NCBI GenBank assembly: GCA_945860265.1
Contig: CAMAQF010000008.1
Location: forward strand, 3,810-67,809
Direction of reading: 5' to 3'
Source: Emticicia agri
GTDB taxonomy: Bacteria > Bacteroidota > Bacteroidia > Cytophagales > Spirosomataceae
Length of the DNA: 64,000 nucleotides
Made by a program: the position numbers and the translations under genes. Below the pieces are notes generated by a model. The model had not been told where the DNA came from, made no database searches, and saw nothing but the letters and a program-made list of their open reading frames with translations. The stretch's first letter is position 1; each line of letters begins with the position of its first letter. Below, in pieces: positions 29,274-37,953 of the stretch.

Positions 29274-29361
29274 GTGTTTACTTTTCTACGAAATAGCTAA
29301 TAAATACTAAAATTTACACTTTTCTAAGATTCATTTTTATTTTAAAACAAAAAAATGAAGT

Positions 29362-30987
29362 TTAAATGACATTCGCATCAAAAACACCTGTCAGAATTTT
29401 CCCTTCACGCTTTATTTGCAACCAAACTCGGTAATGCCCAGGCTTGGGGAAGGCATAAGGAAATGTAACTTGGCCGCTATGGTGTCCATCGTTTTCGTGT
29501 TTCATATTTCCCATCAATAATTTATCACGTTCGGCCTCGGTCATGGTCTGAAGTTTTGCCAAAATATTATCAACACTATCTCTGAATTGCTTTCCATTAT
29601 TCATGTTAGGGCGTTTATTACTTGTCTCGTCGATTCGTTTTTGCAAAACCTGCACAGCCGTTGACGAATATGTGCCATTGGGGTGCAAATGAATATACAC
29701 ACTTGCATCATCTTTAATAACGGCAACGTGACCCATCATGCCCAAATAAGTTTGCAATTCAGCAGGTTTTCCGTCAGGAGCAAGCACTGAAAATTCTAAA
29801 TCATAAACTTTGCCAGCTATTAATTTTTGATTGGGTTTTTCTTCCCAAACAATGCTTGAGCCATCTTGCAGCTTGGTTTTTACGCCTGCTGTTCCACAAA
29901 TCGTCATGCCTGAATTTTCTTGAAGTTTATACTCAACACCAAGACCATTAGTTATAACAAAAGTATCGTCTGAGTCTCCCGTGAGCGTTGGTATTATATT
30001 TACTTTTGGTGTTTGTGGAATTTCCACGGTATCAGTTATCGTATTTTGTAAGCTATGATAACGCAATACATCAGCAAAAATCAAATATTTTCCTGCGGGC
30101 ATATCGGGCAACGGAGCTTCAAAAGTTAATGTATCTTTTCGAGAAGGATGCAAATGAGCAAATACTTCCATAGAGCCTACTTTTACCAAAAACATGTGCA
30201 TTAGCTTTCCGTGGTCAGGAATGATAAAACTCATCGAACGGCCTTTAACCGAAATAGAATCTATCTTGAAGTTCAATATTCGCTGTCCGTCTCTAAAATT
30301 AATACTTGAGGTTGCAGTATAGGGGCGATAGATATTCCGTTGATAATCAGCCGTTTCGGCATTCCACCACATATTTCCTCCAAATAGTAATAATCCACAA
30401 AACGAAGCCCCAATCGTTGAGCCAACAATGCGTCGTTTCTTAGTCGAATTGTTTTCACTTTCTCCTACTTTCAACAAACTATCGCCCGTACTTGCTCCAA
30501 TAATCGTAGTCATAATGCCTACTAAAAGCAAAGCCAAACCTGCCAAAATCCAACTCAATGAGCTAGGCAGTTGGCGTTGAGCGGTAGAAATTGCCGCAAT
30601 CGGAATCAACACTTCGCCCTTCCCTCTTGCTCCTTCAATGACTACTTTCACACTGGCCGCACCATTTTCCATAAGCCAAATTTTTCCTTCATATTTACCT
30701 TCTTCGATCATAACCCCTTCGTCGGAACGAGGCGAACCTTCATCGCCAGTCCAATAATAAATCGGACTCATCTTTACACTTTTTATGTCGTTTCCATCGA
30801 CCATCACCGACACTTTGGCAGTTCCCGGAATCACATCGGGTGGCTCAACATATACTTGAACGCTATAATTTCCGGCTTTTCCTTCATGCACAACGCCAGC
30901 ACTACCAATGTGAGCAAAAGCAGAAAAAGAGATAAAAAATATTGAAATTACTTTAAAGAAAGTATTTTTTGATTTTATAAAATTCAT
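29362..30987 (-). CDS. Uncharacterised secreted/2-TM protein with duplicated HLHP-motif domain and Met/His-rich loop (putative metal-binding)
   Basis: Signal peptide ending AFA|HIGS, then two internal TM helices. Two repeats follow: LMHMFLVKVGSMEVFAHLHPSR...PAGKYLIF and MMGHVAVIKDDASVYIHLHPNG...PGHYRVWL. The insert reads LLMGNMKHENDGHHSG. Confidence 0.5.
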   Translation of the reverse strand: MNFIKSKNTFFKVISIFFISFSAFAHIGSAGVVHEGKAGNYSVQVYVEPPDVIPGTAKVSVMVDGNDIKSVKMSPIYYWTGDEGSPRSDEGVMIEEGKYEGKIWLMENGAASVKVVIEGARGKGEVLIPIAAISTAQRQLPSSLSWILAGLALLLVGIMTTIIGASTGDSLLKVGESENNSTKKRRIVGSTIGASFCGLLLFGGNMWWNAETADYQRNIYRPYTATSSINFRDGQRILNFKIDSISVKGRSMSFIIPDHGKLMHMFLVKVGSMEVFAHLHPSRKDTLTFEAPLPDMPAGKYLIFADVLRYHSLQNTITDTVEIPQTPKVNIIPTLTGDSDDTFVITNGLGVEYKLQENSGMTICGTAGVKTKLQDGSSIVWEEKPNQKLIAGKVYDLEFSVLAPDGKPAELQTYLGMMGHVAVIKDDASVYIHLHPNGTYSSTAVQVLQKRIDETSNKRPNMNNGKQFRDSVDNILAKLQTMTEAERDKLLMGNMKHENDGHHSGQVTFPYAFPKPGHYRVWLQIKREGKILTGVFDANVI

Positions 30988-31015
30988 TTTTTGATTTTTA
31001 AAAATACATTGAAAA

Positions 31016-31074
31016 TTATCAGTGAAAAATATTCACTCATTCAGAACGGGCGGCGTTTCGCTTCACTCGTAGAC
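31016..31074 (-). repeat. Intercistronic dispersed repeat, copy 1 (CGCCGCCCGTT core)
   Basis: Minus-strand reading gagtgaagcgaaacgccgcccgttctgaatgagtgaatatttt aligns at about 32/42 positions with the element at 59640-59705. Confidence 0.6.
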
Positions 31075-32298
31075 TTACCTCTGCACCTGTTTCATCCAAT
31101 TTCCCCAAGCAAGACCGATGCGTGTCGATATAAAACTAAAAATAAATGAAAGCGAAATACCTATTAGCCATTCATTCAAAGATTTTTTAGTCCAAGGGCC
31201 AAACTTGAACCGATATTCCCACTCGGCATCATTCTGGAACGACCAAGAATTACTTCCAAAAAACCAATTTCGTGCAAGCGGTGATTCGAGTAAAAATGCA
31301 CCAAACGGATAATGCGTCAAGAATAAAATAAGCGTATATGCTCCCCCCAATATGAATGCTAATATCCAATCGTTTTTAGTCGAAAACTTATCTCTTAACC
31401 AATCAGTTACAAATGCTGGAATAAATAAAAGCATTGGAAAGCCGAGTGTTTGATAGGTACTGATTTTGTTATGAATAGGTCCCAAAAGAGGTTCAGCCGG
31501 CAAAAGTCTTAGCGTAGCATTAACAGCCCAGTGAAAAATCAAAAATATGACACATAGATAGGTAGTTCCCCATTTTTTGTTTGAAGCTCGACCGGCTGCA
31601 AACAAGATAAGTGGAAATGCTACACTGGCAACTTCATAAAACGATGGCTCGTGCATTTCCCAACGTCCCAAAGATTCAGAAAGGAATGTGAAAATAGAAG
31701 TGATTAGAAAAGCCGCCGTAAAAATAAACATCCATTGCAAACGGTTCGTGCGTTTAGTGTTTTCTTCGGCTGAAAGCGATGTTACGTTTTCACTACGATT
31801 CAAAAACGCCAAAACGGCTATCATTGCCCCCATTTGTACGCTCATCAAACCCAAAAGCAAAACTGCATGTGGTGGAGAAAGAATCTGCACATCCAGACCA
31901 TAGGTATTATGCCACCAATCATCAAACGGTGCAGAAGTAATAGAAGCGATTCCGCCCCAAATACAGAAAAGTCCACCCAGTGAACTATAAAAAACACCCC
32001 AAAACTTCACCATTTTGCCTTTTTCGAGTTGATTTCCCCAAAAAGAAGTTTTCAGAACTTGATATCCAGAAAAAATACCCGTGGCAGCCGCTCCAATATA
32101 AGTTACAACGTGCGGAGCAGAAAACAGGCCATCACGACCAATACTCATGTGCCAAGCAATGTCCCACAAGATGCCGAGAATCACGCACATTGATGCAAAC
32201 ACACTCACATACACATAGAGTGGAATAGCCAGTAAAAGTTTTGAAGAGGATGAAAATTCTTTTTCGCTTGTAATAGACTGATTAATAGCCGTTTCCAT
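31075..32298 (-). CDS. Uncharacterised polytopic membrane protein with duplicated D-x-x-W-H ... P-H motif
   Basis: 407 aa with about 10 or more hydrophobic spans. WDIAWHMSIGRDGLFSAPH and FDDWWHNTYGLDVQILSPPH are two copies of one motif. Confidence 0.5.
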   Translation of the reverse strand: METAINQSITSEKEFSSSSKLLLAIPLYVYVSVFASMCVILGILWDIAWHMSIGRDGLFSAPHVVTYIGAAATGIFSGYQVLKTSFWGNQLEKGKMVKFWGVFYSSLGGLFCIWGGIASITSAPFDDWWHNTYGLDVQILSPPHAVLLLGLMSVQMGAMIAVLAFLNRSENVTSLSAEENTKRTNRLQWMFIFTAAFLITSIFTFLSESLGRWEMHEPSFYEVASVAFPLILFAAGRASNKKWGTTYLCVIFLIFHWAVNATLRLLPAEPLLGPIHNKISTYQTLGFPMLLFIPAFVTDWLRDKFSTKNDWILAFILGGAYTLILFLTHYPFGAFLLESPLARNWFFGSNSWSFQNDAEWEYRFKFGPWTKKSLNEWLIGISLSFIFSFISTRIGLAWGNWMKQVQR

Positions 32299-32355
32299 AG
32301 ATTATTGATTAGTTTGTATAATGATATTTCTATTGTTAGTTACTCGCAATCGAAG

Positions 32356-32859
32356 TTAAAATAAACCTAATTGTGATTGATTAGGTAAACTTCCCTCGTG
32401 TCGAAGTAACCATTCTTTTCGCCAAAGATCGCCGCCGTAGCCCACCAAACTTCCATCAGAGCCAATGACTCGGTGGCAGGGCAAAATTATAGTCAACGGA
32501 TTATTACCATTGGCCGTACCAACTGCACGAATGGCTTTTTCGTTGCCAATTCTTCTTGAAAATTCAAGATACGAAATCGTTTTGCCGTAAGGAATAGTTT
32601 TGAGATATTCCCATACATTTCGTTGAAAATCAGTTCCTTGCGGCTGCATTGGCAAATCAAAATCTTTGAGTTTTCCTGCAAAATAAGCATCAAATTGTTT
32701 GATTGTCTCATCAATGATTGGCGAGTTTTCGGGCGTCTCTTCTAACTGACTACTTGGTTTCTTTTGAGCTTCTCGAAACAGCACATCCGTCAAGAAATCA
32801 TCATTTGCTACAATTTCTAATACGCCAATAGGAGAACTATAGTGTTTGATGTATTGCAT
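32356..32859 (-). CDS. ogt: Methylated-DNA--protein-cysteine methyltransferase
   Basis: PCHRVIGSDGSLVGYGG active-site motif and NVWEYLKTIPYGKTISY. Confidence 0.9.
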   Translation of the reverse strand: MQYIKHYSSPIGVLEIVANDDFLTDVLFREAQKKPSSQLEETPENSPIIDETIKQFDAYFAGKLKDFDLPMQPQGTDFQRNVWEYLKTIPYGKTISYLEFSRRIGNEKAIRAVGTANGNNPLTIILPCHRVIGSDGSLVGYGGDLWRKEWLLRHEGSLPNQSQLGLF

Positions 32860-33010
32860 AAGTTTTGGACGTTGCTCATTCTATTTCAAATATACAAAAG
32901 AATATCTGAAAAACTTTTCTGATAATCAAACAGTTATAAATTAGTAGTTTTGTAATTTTGTTGTCTTATTTTAAATTTATGAATGACTCCGAAAATAATT
33001 CGGCAAATAT

Positions 33011-33736
33011 ATGGTAGTACCTTACAAAGAAAAAGATAGCAGCAAGCGGGAGCAAATCGCCGAAATGTTTGATAATGTTTCGCCTAAATATGATTTCTTG
33101 AACCATTTGCTCAGTGGTGGAATTGATTTTTGGTGGAGAAAAAAGGCTATTTCGATGTTGCTTGCCGAAAAACCACAATTGATTTTGGATATTGCAACGG
33201 GTACGGGCGATTTGGCCGTTGAAGCTGTGAAACAACTTAAACCCGAAAAAGTTATCGGCGTTGATATTTCGGAAGGGATGTTATCGTTTGGACGTGAGAA
33301 AATGAAGAAACTGGGTTTAGAAAACAAAATCGAACTTCAAACGGGCGATTCTGAGAATTTACAGTTTGAAAACAATACTTTCGATGCCGTTATCGTTTCT
33401 TTTGGAGTACGAAACTTTGAAAATCTTGAAAAAGGTCTGACCGATATGTGTCGAGTAACCAAATCAGGTGGAACGTGTATGGTCATGGAATTTTCAAATC
33501 CTAAAACTCCCGTTATAAAGCAATTATACAATTTTTATAATGCGACAATCCTCCCTTTCATAGGTAGATTAGTATCAAACGATAGCTCGGCTTATAGTTA
33601 TTTGCCCGAATCGGTAAAGACATTTCCAGAAGGTGAAAATTTCTTGAAAGTGTTTGAAAAAGCAGGATTCCGACAGACAAAATGTATCCCGCTTACTTTT
33701 GGCGTTTGCTCAATTTATATTGGCAAAAAGCCATAA
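33011..33736 (+). CDS. ubiE: Demethylmenaquinone/ubiquinone C-methyltransferase
   Basis: FDNVSPKYDFLNHLLSGGIDFWWRK, LDIATGTGDLA SAM motif and FGVRNFENLEKGL. Confidence 0.9.
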   Translation: MVVPYKEKDSSKREQIAEMFDNVSPKYDFLNHLLSGGIDFWWRKKAISMLLAEKPQLILDIATGTGDLAVEAVKQLKPEKVIGVDISEGMLSFGREKMKKLGLENKIELQTGDSENLQFENNTFDAVIVSFGVRNFENLEKGLTDMCRVTKSGGTCMVMEFSNPKTPVIKQLYNFYNATILPFIGRLVSNDSSAYSYLPESVKTFPEGENFLKVFEKAGFRQTKCIPLTFGVCSIYIGKKP

Positions 33737-33801
33737 TGTTGGCTCATGACTGTCAATAGCAGGAACAGTCCAACATAAGTAAGCTTATTTTTTGAAAATT
33801 T

Positions 33802-34536
33802 ATGAAGAACGTCCCTTTTCTCAGATTATTTTTTAGTCTTTTTTTAGTATCATTGCTCACTCAAAGTGTGTTTGCTCAAGAAACTCGTCGCCATTTTCAG
33901 GCAGACTACGATGCAAAAACACTGAGATTCGGCTATTTTTTGGGATTACCAAGTACTTTTTACAACGTGAAGTTTAATAATTACTTTGTCAATAAAGATA
34001 ATTATTATAGCATTACATCACCTTCTACTTTTGGACTTAAAATGGGAGGTTTGGCTAATTTTAGACTTAACGACTATTTTGATTTTAGGGTTTTACCTAC
34101 GGTATCCATTTACGGAAGAAGATTAGAATATAAATACATAGACACTGCTTTACCAGCCACTGATCCAAATAAGTTAAATGAGAACACCGACTTACGAGAA
34201 ACTGCTTGGTTTGAGCTTCCAGTAATGTTTAAATACAAATCTGAAAGACGGGGAAATGTAAGAATGTATCTTTTTGGCGGACTTCGTTATGGAGTTGAAA
34301 CAAACCCTAATAGTAGAAGAAACAAATCGAAGTTTATCACAAAAACCAGTGATTTTAGTGTAGAATATGGCACTGGAATTGAGTTTTTTAGAGAATATTT
34401 CAAATTTGCTCCAGAAATTCATTTTTCGCACGGCATCAAAAATTTAGTTGACCCAGTCAATAACAAAAATACACCCCTGCAAGGCGTTGACCGTCTTACA
34501 ACGCATACTGTTACACTTTATATATTGTTTGAATAA
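33802..34536 (+). CDS. Outer membrane beta-barrel protein, PorT-like
   Basis: Signal peptide, alternating beta-strand pattern and a C-terminal aromatic residue (LYILFE), about 240 aa. The position directly after ubiE matches the ubiE-porT synteny I recall in Bacteroidota. The family assignment is not verified. Confidence 0.5.
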   Translation: MKNVPFLRLFFSLFLVSLLTQSVFAQETRRHFQADYDAKTLRFGYFLGLPSTFYNVKFNNYFVNKDNYYSITSPSTFGLKMGGLANFRLNDYFDFRVLPTVSIYGRRLEYKYIDTALPATDPNKLNENTDLRETAWFELPVMFKYKSERRGNVRMYLFGGLRYGVETNPNSRRNKSKFITKTSDFSVEYGTGIEFFREYFKFAPEIHFSHGIKNLVDPVNNKNTPLQGVDRLTTHTVTLYILFE

Positions 34537-34619
34537 TATTTTTGAATAGAGATTTGTAGAAACTTATAAAAGTTCTTTCAAACAAACTCAAATCTTTTGT
34601 CTTTTGACTCAAATCTCAA

Positions 34620-34832
34620 ATGAAATACATCGCCATTTTCCTTATAAGACTTTACCAAGCAGGTATTTCGCCTTGGTTTCCGCCATCATGCCGGTACACA
34701 CCTACATGTTCGCAATATTCGGTTGAAGCATTTCAAAAATATGGCTTTTTCAAAGGTTTTTGGCTGACTGCTAAACGCATCGCTCGTTGTGGCCCATGGA
34801 GCCATTCTCATGGCTACGACCCTGTTCCTTGA
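34620..34832 (+). CDS. yidD: Membrane protein insertion efficiency factor YidD
   Basis: [35 protein letters not shown] is the YidD signature. Confidence 0.9.
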   Translation: MKYIAIFLIRLYQAGISPWFPPSCRYTPTCSQYSVEAFQKYGFFKGFWLTAKRIARCGPWSHSHGYDPVP

Positions 34833-35091
34833 TTGATTGTTACTTTTTACTCATAACAATCCATCCGATACTTTTTTATTATTAGAAGCCACGTACAAAA
34901 GATGAGAATTATTGATGAGAAATATGTTGGAAAATGATTTCGAGAAAACGTTTTTTCACGTATTACGGCAGACAAATCTCAATTTAAAACAGACATTAAG
35001 TATTGGTGCTTTGCATACAAAACATCATTTTGACAATATTTAGAGTAGTATTATCAGTGTAAAATTTAACTTTGTAGAAAATTTCAAAAAA

Positions 35092-35325
35092 ATGATTACA
35101 AACTTACTTATTCGGATTACAACAAACATTGAGCAATCTGGAGGAAAACCTTGCATCAGAAATATGCGAATTCGAGTTTCTGATGTCTTAGATTTGTTGG
35201 CAAACGGAATTTCTCCCGAACAAATCGTAGCTGACGAGTTACCCGATTTAGAATTACAAGACATTTATGCTTGTTTTGCTTTTGCCTCGGTAAAACTAAA
35301 CCATCCAATTTTGCAAGCTGCATGA
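35092..35325 (+). CDS. DUF433 domain protein (antitoxin-like partner of DUF5615)
   Basis: GGKPCIRNMRIRVSDVLDLLANGISPEQIVADELPDLELQDIYACFAFA matches the DUF433 pattern. Confidence 0.8.
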   Translation: MITNLLIRITTNIEQSGGKPCIRNMRIRVSDVLDLLANGISPEQIVADELPDLELQDIYACFAFASVKLNHPILQAA

Positions 35326-35657
35326 TTTTAATTTTGGATGCACATATTTAGCCAAGTCTTGTATAATAGATAAAAGAAAAGTTCTCAATTAACTGTTTTT
35401 CAGCCACTTTCTTAGGACTTCAAGAAGCAAACAACAGAATAATTTTTCTGGAAGCCAAACAACAAAATGCAATTATTATAAGCAAAGATGATGATTTTGT
35501 GAAGTTATTAGAACAACTTGGAAGTCCTCCTAAAATTATCTGGCTTATTAGCGGAAATAGTTCAAAGCAAAGATTAAAAGAAATTTTTGAACAACATCTT
35601 TTGGTTGCTCTCAAACTACTCGAAAACACCGATTTGGTAGAAATAACAGGGTTTTAA
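35322..35657 (+). pseudogene. DUF5615 (PIN-like, Mut7-C type) toxin-like gene inactivated by three in-frame nonsense codons
   Basis: ATG overlaps the DUF433 stop (ATGA). A single frame reads MILILDAHI*PSLV**IKEKFSINCFSATFLGLQEANNRIIFLEAKQQNAIIISKDDDFVKLLEQLGSPPKIIWLISGNSSKQRLKEIFEQ...VEITGF*. The stops are at 35349 (TAG), 35364 (TAA) and 35367 (TAG). Confidence 0.75.
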
Positions 35658-35717
35658 ATAAGTATATAAATATAGTTTTCAATTAAAATAGCTCCCCTTT
35701 AGGAACTAAGGGTTTTT

Positions 35718-37607
35718 ATGAACAATACCTATTATATCATAGATTTCGATAGCACTTTTACTAAGGTAGAAGGCCTTGACGAACTAGCAAATATTGCTTT
35801 GGCAGGAAGTGCTACACAGGAAAAAGTAGTTGCTCAAATCAGAAGTCTGACCGAGCAAGGCATGAATGGCGAAATTACTTTTTCGGAGGCACTCAGCCGA
35901 CGAATTGAATTATTGAAAGCCAATGGTTCGCATATAAAGCAATTAGTTGACTTTCTGCATACACAAGTATCAGAATCATTTCAACGCAATGAAAAATTCT
36001 TGCGTGAATATGCCGACCGTATTTTGATTGTTTCGGGCGGTTTTAAAGAGTTTATCGTGCCAATCGTTACCTCGATGGGTATAAAAGAAGCGAACGTGTA
36101 TGCCAATACTTTCGTTTTTGATGCTGAAGATAATATCATTGGTGTTGACCAAGATAATGTTTTGGCTCACGAAAAAGGTAAAGTAAAGTTATTAGGTTCA
36201 TTGAATCTCGATGGTGATGTTTACGCCATTGGTGATGGCTATACCGACTACGAACTTCGTGCTTCGGGTCTGGCTAATCGTTTCTATGCATTTACGGAAA
36301 ACGTTGAGCGTGAGAAAGTTACCTCAAAAGCTGACCAAATTGTGTCATCGTTGGATGAGTTTTTGTATCTGAATAAATTAACACGTAGCCAATCATATCC
36401 AAAAAGCCGTATCAAGGTTTTATTAATTGAAAATGTTCACTCGGTTGCTATTGAAGCATTCAAACTTGAAGGCTTTGATGTGGAAACGCACAAAGGTGCA
36501 ATGGATGAGGAGGAGTTATCAGAAAAAATCAAAGGAGTTTCGATTTTGGGACTTCGCTCAAAAACTAATTTGACTAAAAAAGTCCTTGAAAATGCCGATA
36601 AACTAATTATAGTTGGTGCATTTTGTATCGGAACAAACCAAATAGACCTTAAAACTTGTACCGAAAAAGGCATTGCAATTTTCAATGCACCCTATAGCAA
36701 TACTCGCTCGGTAGTAGAATTGGCCATCGGCGAAATGATTTTGTTGATTCGTAATGTATTTACCAAAAGCAACCAAATGCACGCTGGTAAATGGGATAAA
36801 TCGGCCAATAATAGCTTTGAGGTTCGTGGCAAAAAACTCGGTTTGATTGGCTATGGACATATTGGAACGCAACTTTCGGTTATCGGCGAAGCTCTCGGTA
36901 TGGAAATCTACTTCTACGATATTGTAGATAAAATGCCAATCGGAAATGCAAAGAAATGCCGCTCTTTGGAAGAAGTTTTACGCGTTTCGGATGTGGTAAG
37001 TATGCATATTGACGGCCGTAAAGAAAACACCAATGTTTTTGGCAAACGTGAGTTTGAAATGATGAAAGACGGCGTTATTTTTATGAATCTTGCTCGTGGA
37101 CACGTAGTTGAAGTACCAGCTTTGGTGGAAGCCATCAAATCGGGCAAAGTTGGCGGTGCCGGTATCGACGTATTCCCGTATGAACCAAAAACCAACAGCG
37201 AACCATTCGAGAATGAATTACGTGGTTTACCAAACGTAATCCTTACGCCACACATCGGCGGTAGCACCGAAGAAGCTCAAGAAGGAATCGGACTTTATGT
37301 ACCAGAGCGTTTGCTCGAATACATGAATAATGGTAGCACAACGGGCAGCGTAAATTTCCCAGAAGTACAATTGCCATTGCTTCGTGATTCGCACCGTTTA
37401 TTACACATTCACCAAAATGTACCAGGCATTTTGGCGAAAATCAATAATATTTTTGCGAAACACCATATCAATATTATTGGTCAGTATTTGAAAACCAACG
37501 AAACGATTGGTTATGTAATTATGGATATTAGTAAAGGCTATACCAACGAGTTTATCCAAGAAATCAAAGATATAGACGAAACAATTCGTTTCAGAATGTT
37601 GTATTGA
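35718..37607 (+). CDS. serA: Fusion protein: HAD-type phosphoserine phosphatase domain plus E. coli-type D-3-phosphoglycerate dehydrogenase with ACT domain
   Basis: The N-terminal about 215 aa carry HAD motifs (IIDFDSTFT, VSGG, K...GDGYTD). Residues from about 225 to 629 are collinear with E. coli SerA (IGCFCIGTNQVDL-like AFCIGTNQIDL, GKKLGLIGYGHIGTQLS, LTPHIGGSTEEAQE, NFPEVQLP, RLLHIHQNVPG). Confidence 0.85.
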   Translation: MNNTYYIIDFDSTFTKVEGLDELANIALAGSATQEKVVAQIRSLTEQGMNGEITFSEALSRRIELLKANGSHIKQLVDFLHTQVSESFQRNEKFLREYADRILIVSGGFKEFIVPIVTSMGIKEANVYANTFVFDAEDNIIGVDQDNVLAHEKGKVKLLGSLNLDGDVYAIGDGYTDYELRASGLANRFYAFTENVEREKVTSKADQIVSSLDEFLYLNKLTRSQSYPKSRIKVLLIENVHSVAIEAFKLEGFDVETHKGAMDEEELSEKIKGVSILGLRSKTNLTKKVLENADKLIIVGAFCIGTNQIDLKTCTEKGIAIFNAPYSNTRSVVELAIGEMILLIRNVFTKSNQMHAGKWDKSANNSFEVRGKKLGLIGYGHIGTQLSVIGEALGMEIYFYDIVDKMPIGNAKKCRSLEEVLRVSDVVSMHIDGRKENTNVFGKREFEMMKDGVIFMNLARGHVVEVPALVEAIKSGKVGGAGIDVFPYEPKTNSEPFENELRGLPNVILTPHIGGSTEEAQEGIGLYVPERLLEYMNNGSTTGSVNFPEVQLPLLRDSHRLLHIHQNVPGILAKINNIFAKHHINIIGQYLKTNETIGYVIMDISKGYTNEFIQEIKDIDETIRFRMLY

Positions 37608-37692
37608 TATTTTTCGCAAACATTGTATCGATTTTCAAAATACTATGTTTTAATAAAAATTGATATATTTGTTAATAGTAACAAGATATAAC

Positions 37693-37953
37693 ATGGCGTC
37701 ATCAAAAAAAAATATCGAAGAAATTAAAGCCTTATTTCCTAATGAATGGGTTTTAATTGGAAATCCTAAAATGGACGAGGCCGAATTAAATGTCTTGTCT
37801 GGAATTCCAATTTTACACAGCAAAGATAAAAAAGAAGTATGTTATCTAGGTAAAAGTAAAACAAGCGATTTCAATACTATTACAGTTATTTATACAGGTT
37901 CATTTCAACCTGTAAGAACAATGACTGGCATTTTTAATAGTAAGAAAAAATGA
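37693..37953 (+). CDS. Small hypothetical protein (possibly DUF5678-like), translationally coupled to the retropepsin-like gene
   Basis: 86-aa ORF from the ATG at 37693 (MASSKKNIEEIKALFPNEWVLIGN...). Its stop overlaps the next start (ATGA at 37950-37953). Confidence 0.5.
   Translation: MASSKKNIEEIKALFPNEWVLIGNPKMDEAELNVLSGIPILHSKDKKEVCYLGKSKTSDFNTITVIYTGSFQPVRTMTGIFNSKKK

Noticed and set aside
35322-35657. Stop-codon reassignment or programmed readthrough as the explanation for the in-frame TAG/TAA/TAG in the DUF5615 gene and TAA/TGA in the DUF3291 relic.
   Set aside because: TAA, TAG and TGA all act as ordinary terminators of the well-supported genes across the window. The interrupted genes use a mix of stop types, and the DUF3291 relic has also lost its start and C-terminus. 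Simple pseudogenisation is the economical reading.
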